Below, in pieces: positions 58,490 through 64,000 of a DNA stretch of 64,000 bases; position 1 is the stretch's first letter, and each line of letters begins with the position of its first letter. A program made the position numbers and the translations under genes. This stretch comes from an uncultured Pseudomonadota bacterium (GTDB lineage: Bacteria; Vulcanimicrobiota; Vulcanimicrobiia; Eremiobacterales; Eremiobacteraceae), in the NCBI GenBank assembly GCA_963736005.1, contig CAVTNB010000001.1, positions 384,001 through 448,000 of the forward strand, written 5' to 3'. Below the pieces are notes generated by a model that did no database searches, was not told the DNA's origin, and worked only from the letters and a program-made list of their open reading frames with translations.

Positions 58490-59616
58490 AGTTTTAGGGT
58501 AAGGGCGCGAGCGAGCGTTTCCGCTGCCCGCAGCAGCAACTCAGGCGCTCGGCGCAGTGCCTCCTCGAGCGGCATCGGCCCCAACACAATCGGCAAGGCG
58601 AAAGCGATCCCGGCTTCTTCGAGCTCCTGCGCAGAGCAGTCGATACTGCCCGCGAGCGCCACCGTGGGGATGGTGCGCTTCTTGGCGGCTTGAGCCACAG
58701 CGAAGGGAGCCTTACCAGAGAACGTTTGTCGATCGAGGCGCCCTTCGCCCGTGACAACGAGCGACACGCCTTCAAGTCGCCGGGAAAAACCTAAGACGTC
58801 GAGCACGAGGTCGGCTCCCGGTCGCAGCGTGGCATGAGCCAGTCCCAGAAACCCTGCCCCCGCGCCGCCCGCCGCACCCGCACCCGGCACGTCGCTCACA
58901 TCCACGCCAACCGTTTGCTTCGCGACGTCGGCAAAATGGCGCAGTGCAGCGTCGAGCTTCGCAACGTCCGATGGAGAGGCGCCCTTTTGCGGTCCGTAGA
59001 CCGCGGACGCGCCTGAAGGGCCACACAACGGATTGCGCACGTCGCTTGCGATCTCAAGACTCACGCCCCTCAGGCGACGCTCCAAGGCCGTTGTGTCGAT
59101 GCGCCCGAGACGGGAGAGTGCGGCACCCCCCGGCGGCAACGGGTTGTCCGCTGCGTCGAGAAACACGGCGCCGAGCGCGCTGAGCGCACCAGTGCCCGCG
59201 TCGTTGGTGGCGCTGCCCCCGATCGCGAGGATAATTCGCTGCGCGCCTTCCTCGATCGCTGTTGCGATCAACTCGCCAGTGCCTCGCGTCGTTGCCGTCA
59301 GCGGATCGTTCTTTCCGTCAGGAACTAGCGCCAGGCCGCTTGCTTGCGCGAGCTCGATGACCGCGACGTTCCCTGGGAGCTGCCCATACAGCGCGGATAC
59401 GGCTTTGCCATCGGGGCCAGTCACCGTTTTCTTCACCATCCGACCGCCCAGCGAGTCGACGATCGTCTGCGCCGTTCCCTCACCCCCATCCGCAACAGGA
59501 ACGATCTCGAGGCGCGCATCCGGAAGCCAACGGGCCATGCCCTGGGCTATCGCGCGAGCGGCCTCACGAGCGCTGAGGCTTCCCTTGAATTTGTCAGGTG
59601 CGATACAAATGCGCAA
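58486..59616 (-). CDS. glxK: Glycerate kinase
   Basis: APDKFKGSL, ADGGEGT, GGSATND, YGPQKGA, TGEGRLD.QT..GK. Confidence 0.95.
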   Translation of the reverse strand: MRICIAPDKFKGSLSAREAARAIAQGMARWLPDARLEIVPVADGGEGTAQTIVDSLGGRMVKKTVTGPDGKAVSALYGQLPGNVAVIELAQASGLALVPDGKNDPLTATTRGTGELIATAIEEGAQRIILAIGGSATNDAGTGALSALGAVFLDAADNPLPPGGAALSRLGRIDTTALERRLRGVSLEIASDVRNPLCGPSGASAVYGPQKGASPSDVAKLDAALRHFADVAKQTVGVDVSDVPGAGAAGGAGAGFLGLAHATLRPGADLVLDVLGFSRRLEGVSLVVTGEGRLDRQTFSGKAPFAVAQAAKKRTIPTVALAGSIDCSAQELEEAGIAFALPIVLGPMPLEEALRRAPELLLRAAETLARALTLKL

Positions 59617-59627
59617 GCGGCAAAGCT

Positions 59628-60617
59628 CTACCGCCGCGCGGAGGCGAGCACCTCTGGATTGAGAGCAGTCGGCGGGGTGTCGCCGGCAAAGAAGGAGATG
59701 ACGTTGCGGGCAGCAATTTCCGCCATTTTCGAACGGGTAGCTATGCTCGCGCTTCCGATGTGTGGCAGCACGACGACGTTGGCCAAGTTGGCTAGTCCCG
59801 GCGCAAGTTTGGGCTCGTGCTCGTAAACGTCGAGTCCGGCGCCGGCTATCGTTCCCGCCTTGAGCGCGTCGACGAGCGCCACCTCGTCGATGACGGGCCC
59901 GCGCGACGTATTGATGAGAATCGCGGAGCTCTTCATGGCCCGCAATGCCTTCGCATTGATCAGATGGTGGGTTTCCGGCATGAGGGGAACGTGCAAACTG
60001 ATAAAATCGCTCTCAGCCAGCAACCGATCAAATGGCACGAAGCTTGCGCCGAGCTCGCGCTCCACTTCGGGCGACGCACGCACCGCGTCATGGTAAGAGA
60101 CGTGCATAGAAAAACCGCTCGCCCGCTTCGCGACGCCGCGACCAATCCGCCCAAACCCAACGATTCCAAGCTGTGCGTGGTGAACGTCATGACCGAGGAG
60201 CTGCATGATTCCCCATCCGGTCCACGTGCCGCTGCGCACGAGCTTGTCCCCCTCCGCCAGGCGCCGCGCCGTGGCCATGAGCAAGGCAAACGCAAGGTCG
60301 GCGGTTGTATCGTCGAGCACGCCCGGCGTGTTCGTCATAACCACGCCGGCTTGGGTGGCTGCGGCGACGTCAAAATTGTCAAAACCCACGGCAACATTCG
60401 CGACGATGCGCAGCGTCGGGGCCGCGCTGAGCACAGATGCGTCAATCTTTTCGGTCAGAAGGCAGACAAGCGCATCTCTGCCACGGCAATTCTCAATAAG
60501 TTCTTCGGGCGTCGGCGCTCGGTCGTGCGGCCACACGGTAACATCGCAATGGTCGCGCAACAACACAAGCCCCGCTTCGGGTATCGCGCGACTGACAAAG
60601 ACGCTAGGCTTGCTCAA
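59628..60617 (-). CDS. D-glycerate dehydrogenase / glyoxylate reductase
   Basis: VAVGFDN, NTPGVL, GFGRIG, INTSRG, GLDVYEHEP, PHIGSA. Confidence 0.92.
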   Translation of the reverse strand: MSKPSVFVSRAIPEAGLVLLRDHCDVTVWPHDRAPTPEELIENCRGRDALVCLLTEKIDASVLSAAPTLRIVANVAVGFDNFDVAAATQAGVVMTNTPGVLDDTTADLAFALLMATARRLAEGDKLVRSGTWTGWGIMQLLGHDVHHAQLGIVGFGRIGRGVAKRASGFSMHVSYHDAVRASPEVERELGASFVPFDRLLAESDFISLHVPLMPETHHLINAKALRAMKSSAILINTSRGPVIDEVALVDALKAGTIAGAGLDVYEHEPKLAPGLANLANVVVLPHIGSASIATRSKMAEIAARNVISFFAGDTPPTALNPEVLASARR

Positions 60618-60618
60618 C

Positions 60619-61506
60619 TTAGCCGAGGGGCGCCGTCTTGGGCCGTCCGCTGTATCCCATCTTTGCGGAAATCTCCGTGGCTGCCGCAACAACGGCTTTG
60701 CTCAAACGGTCCTTGGCGATTGTCTGTTGACCGATTTTTGGCACGGAAACCGACAATGCCGCCACCGGTTTGCCCGAGTAATTGAACAGGGCCGCGCCGA
60801 CGCAGTAGAGGCCGTCTTCAGTTTCCTCGTTGTCCTCGGCGTAGCCCTGACGACGAATGCGCTCGAGCTCGGCGCGGAGCGCCTCGGGATCGGTAAAGGT
60901 GTTCTTGGTGAATCGGGCGAGCTGCTTGGCCGCGATGATGCGGTCGGAATCCGCACGGTCGAGATTGGCTAAGAGGGCCTTCCCGATCGCGGTGCTGTGC
61001 AATGGGTGGCGGCTGCCGATGTCGGCTTGCATGTGGACAGATCGCCGGACGTCAATCTTGTCGATGAAGACGACCTCAGTATCGTCAAGAACGCCCAGAA
61101 AGACAGTTTCCCCAAGGCTATTGGCGAGCTGCTCGAGGTAGGGTTTAGCGACGGAGTGGGCCTCCATCGAACGAAGGATGCCACAGCCAACTTCAAACGC
61201 GCGCATGCCAAGCGAGTAGCGCGCGTTGTCTGGATTCCAGCGAACGAAGCCGCGCGCTCGCAGCGTCTGCAAGATGCGGTGCACGCTGCTTTTTGAAAGG
61301 CCGATCGCCTGCCCAAGCTCTCGAACGCCGACTTCTTTTGTCTGCGTTCCAAGATACTCCAAGATCACAAGCGCGCGGTCGACGGAATTGACTTTCGACT
61401 CGCCCCGCGGCTTCGCCGGGGCGGTGACTTCACCTGAACTTATCGCCACGGATTCCTCCACTCGGCCTTTCACCAACCCTTTGGGTGAGCGAGTCTGCAC
61501 CGGCAC
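60619..61506 (-). CDS. IclR-family transcriptional regulator
   Basis: SVDRAL.ILE, KSSVHRIL, HSTAIGKALLA, GYAEDNEE. Confidence 0.94.
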   Translation of the reverse strand: MPVQTRSPKGLVKGRVEESVAISSGEVTAPAKPRGESKVNSVDRALVILEYLGTQTKEVGVRELGQAIGLSKSSVHRILQTLRARGFVRWNPDNARYSLGMRAFEVGCGILRSMEAHSVAKPYLEQLANSLGETVFLGVLDDTEVVFIDKIDVRRSVHMQADIGSRHPLHSTAIGKALLANLDRADSDRIIAAKQLARFTKNTFTDPEALRAELERIRRQGYAEDNEETEDGLYCVGAALFNYSGKPVAALSVSVPKIGQQTIAKDRLSKAVVAAATEISAKMGYSGRPKTAPLG

Positions 61507-61617
61507 AAGAAAGAGCAGTGACCGTTAGACTTCGGTACACCTCGGCGAACACGGGACGAACCCGGCTCCGGGACAAGTTTTCCCGGAGCCAAAGAGCGGT
61601 TCCTGGTGGCGAAACGG

Positions 61618-61980
61618 CTAGCCCGGCGTTAGAACAAAGTTCACGTTCGAGGTTGTCTGACCAGCCTTCACCTGAACGTTGGTCTGTGGGGCGGGCGCAG
61701 CATAGCCCCTCGGTACGGAGCTTCCCTCGATCGCGACCGTATCGGGTGACAGGGCATCCGTGACAGGGACGTATTGAATCGAATAGGTCCCATCTGGGCC
61801 GCTTGTGCCGGATGGCCCAGAATCCACTTGGACCACAACGCCGGCGATGGGCTGCCCAGAGGATGACGTAATTTTGCCCGAGATGGAACCGTAATTTCCC
61901 GGTGGCGCCGCCGGGTTGGTGCACGCCACCAGCGCGCAAGCCACTGAAATCGCTGCAAGCCACACGGCAATGCGCTTCAT
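61618..61980 (-). CDS. Lipoprotein with carboxypeptidase-regulatory-like domain
   Basis: GGAGG SD; LVAC lipobox; GSISGKIT...G.PIAG. Confidence 0.8.
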   Translation of the reverse strand: MKRIAVWLAAISVACALVACTNPAAPPGNYGSISGKITSSSGQPIAGVVVQVDSGPSGTSGPDGTYSIQYVPVTDALSPDTVAIEGSSVPRGYAAPAPQTNVQVKAGQTTSNVNFVLTPG

Positions 61981-62042
61981 GTGCGTTCCCGCCTCCAGCA
62001 GGGATGGTGGAGTACTGTGCGCGCTTCTTCGCTTCCTTGCGG

Positions 62043-62801
62043 TCAGATCCGGCGTTGCATCCAGGCGAGAATGAAAATCCCGCTGCCAACGAGCAGCACA
62101 GACGCGAGCACGTCCAGGATGCCCGATGCGGTCTTGTACGATCCTCCACAGAATTGCGCTACGGCGCTCGTGAGCGCAAAATCTGCTCTTCCAAGAAGAC
62201 TGCCGGATTTTCCGGCAACGTGCCTTACTTCGGCGACAACTGTTGCCGGGTCCCACGCAACCAGCTCGTCGACGTCCGCGAGCCTTCCCTGCGGGTCGAC
62301 GATGAGCAACCTCGCATTGTGAATGAGCTCGTCCGTGCCATTATCGATCACCGAAACGCCTGAAGAACGCACGAAGTTCTCGACCCGCTGCGGACTGCCA
62401 GTGAGAATGCGCCAGCGCGATGACGTCGCGCCAAATTTCCGCGCATATGCCCGGACGACGGGCGGCGTGTCATGAGACGGATCGATGGAAATCTCAACCA
62501 ATTGATATGGTCCGGGCCCAAGCAGGCGATCGAGCACGCCGAATTTTTGCGTGATGATCGGGCAATCATCGGCGCAGCGGGTGTAGATGAAACCAACAAC
62601 CGTCGTTTGGCCGCGGGCGTCTTGGAAGGTGAAGTGCGCACCGCGCTGGTCCACAAAAGTGGTGGGCGGCATGGTCGCGCCGACCTCAATTGGCGCGAGC
62701 TGCAGATCGAAAGGATTCGCCTGCGCCGCAGCCGGTCTGATCAAAAGACATGCAAACGCGAGGGCGCTGGCAAGGACTCGGGGAGCCGCAACGGTTTTCA
62801 T
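62043..62801 (-). CDS. SCO-family copper chaperone
   Basis: FIYTRCADDCP (CxxxC), ISIDP.HDTP, IHN. Confidence 0.9.
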   Translation of the reverse strand: MKTVAAPRVLASALAFACLLIRPAAAQANPFDLQLAPIEVGATMPPTTFVDQRGAHFTFQDARGQTTVVGFIYTRCADDCPIITQKFGVLDRLLGPGPYQLVEISIDPSHDTPPVVRAYARKFGATSSRWRILTGSPQRVENFVRSSGVSVIDNGTDELIHNARLLIVDPQGRLADVDELVAWDPATVVAEVRHVAGKSGSLLGRADFALTSAVAQFCGGSYKTASGILDVLASVLLVGSGIFILAWMQRRI

Positions 62802-62877
62802 CGAATGCAATCTTGTGCTCGAACCTTCTCCTTCGGCAGGGCCGTTAACTCCAGATACGCGCCGGCGTTTGCTTGCC

Positions 62878-63417
62878 ATGCGACGGTGGGCGCCTGACGA
62901 GCGCCAAGTCGTCGTCCGTGGCCTATTTGGGAGGCTCGCAATCGCGATCGAGCCGGCGGCAATAGCACTGTTGTTTGGCATCTTCACGGTGAGCTTACTC
63001 CGGCTGGCCGCTGACGGCACCGAGGAGCACGCCGGTCTTCAACTGCTGGCGCCCATCTTCGGGCTCGGTGCGGCTGCGTTTGCCATCTATGCGCTTTTCC
63101 TTCTTCGCGCTCCCTTGCGAGCGCTTCGCGAAACGTACCAACCGATTTTCGTCGTCGACGGCTTTCTGCGCACTCGCGCTCGCGACGATCTGTCACCCCG
63201 CGGCTTCAACGGTTACGTCGCCGTCCTCACGGTTGATCGGCGCGTGGCATGCGAGTGGCCCACGATTGGGGATGGCGATCTGGCCGCCGTGGAAACTCCG
63301 GCGCTTCTGGAATTTAGCGAATACGGCGGGATTCACAGGATCGATGGTCAGCCCACCGGGGTACTGCCCTTGGGTTTTCAAAACATCGGCGTCGGCAGTA
63401 ACAAACCCGGCCGCTAA
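62878..63417 (+). CDS. Hypothetical membrane protein
   Basis: 2 TM helices then a soluble domain. Confidence 0.65.
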   Translation: MRRWAPDERQVVVRGLFGRLAIAIEPAAIALLFGIFTVSLLRLAADGTEEHAGLQLLAPIFGLGAAAFAIYALFLLRAPLRALRETYQPIFVVDGFLRTRARDDLSPRGFNGYVAVLTVDRRVACEWPTIGDGDLAAVETPALLEFSEYGGIHRIDGQPTGVLPLGFQNIGVGSNKPGR

Positions 63418-63430
63418 CGCGCGACAAAAA

Positions 63431-63625
63431 CTAGAATTTTCCTAAAAGCTCCGCCTTGGCACTTTTGATCGCAGGCCAAACGTGAAATTCGCCTGCGTAG
63501 TAGACCGAAACGAAGCCCATAAAGAAGATCACGACCAAGCAGACCAAGAAAAGATAGCGCACAACTGGCGGTATACCGCGGCTTTTTGGTATTTCGTACT
63601 GAGATTCGCCATACCCGATTGCCAT
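63431..63625 (-). CDS. Small single-TM protein in the cytochrome oxidase cluster
   Basis: GGAGG SD; hydrophobic helix. Confidence 0.7.
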   Translation of the reverse strand: MAIGYGESQYEIPKSRGIPPVVRYLFLVCLVVIFFMGFVSVYYAGEFHVWPAIKSAKAELLGKF

Positions 63626-63638
63626 GTTGGTCCTCCCT

Positions 63639-63836
63639 TTAAACCCGGCCCCAGACGCCCAACGCCACCAAAATCACCTCCGCGCAGCCCAGCGCGAGGA
63701 GCACCATCATGATCTTCGTGACGTGATCTTCGAGGGCGGTCTTCTTCCATTCAGCGCGCAAGGCCACGAGCGCGACGATGCCCACGACGATCGCTCCGAC
63801 CAGTGCAATACCCCTGAGAATGTGGTCGAGATCCAT
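63639..63836 (-). CDS. Small 2-TM protein in the cytochrome oxidase cluster
   Basis: Follows cox3; two hydrophobic helices. Confidence 0.7.
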   Translation of the reverse strand: MDLDHILRGIALVGAIVVGIVALVALRAEWKKTALEDHVTKIMMVLLALGCAEVILVALGVWGRV

Positions 63837-63848
63837 GTGCCTTCGCCT

Positions 63849-64000
63849 CTAGTAGATGTAAAACATGAAGAACAGCGCTACCCAAATGACGTCGACAAAG
63901 TGCCAGTACAGCGTGGCCGCCGTGAGCCCGAAATGTCGTTCCTGCGTGTACGTTCCGCGCAAGGTCTGAATCAGCACGGTGATCAGAAAGATCACCCCGA
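63849..64000 (-). CDS. ctaE: Cytochrome c oxidase subunit III, 3' end (partial)
   Basis: HFGLTAATLYWHFVDVIW motif. Confidence 0.92.
   Translation of the reverse strand, partial: GVIFLITVLIQTLRGTYTQERHFGLTAATLYWHFVDVIWVALFFMFYIY

Noticed and set aside
58486..61506. Glycerate kinase/glyoxylate reductase/IclR operon as the missing lower half of the inositol pathway
   Set aside because: 13 kb away, separately regulated, and a common standalone module; no shared operator seen
1..64000. CRISPR array, tRNA, rRNA or IS transposase
   Set aside because: No regularly spaced repeats, cloverleaf/TTCGA-CCA pattern, rRNA signature or transposase motif recognised by eye

Overview
GC-rich chromosomal window from a diderm bacterium (TonB receptors, lipoproteins); the gene families are suggestive of Eremiobacterota/WPS-2, which is inference only. 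(1) About 0.1-16 kb is an accessory, decayed prophage-like zone: tyrosine integrase, MASE-GGDEF-EAL protein, three-gene RelE/HTH toxin-antitoxin operon, terminase C-terminal remnant, small cargo genes and pseudogenes, two amidinotransferase-fold enzymes. (2) 17-28 kb is a minus-strand phosphoesterase/YncE/desaturase/PAP2 cluster with an OmpR-type two-component system; four promoters share a Pho-box-like direct repeat exactly 10 nt before the -10, and there is a duplication-deletion scar. (3) 28-45 kb is a divergent cyclitol/sugar locus: ABC transporter genes with two TonB-dependent receptors, IclR, and iolD-like/iolG/iolB/iolE genes followed by a split transketolase and a translationally coupled LeuB-family dehydrogenase instead of iolC/iolJ/iolA. 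This is the best candidate for an undescribed pathway: a transketolase branch of inositol catabolism that could run via D-malate. (4) 45-64 kb is core-like: minor pilins, Na+/H+ antiporter, MntR-NRAMP, YtpB-like terpene cyclase, rnpB, rapZ-yvcK, glycerate genes, SCO and cox3, with two GTAG-type REP elements. The 25-31.7 kb segment is unusually rich in frameshifts (decay or assembly error). All family assignments are by eye from motifs; no searches were run.
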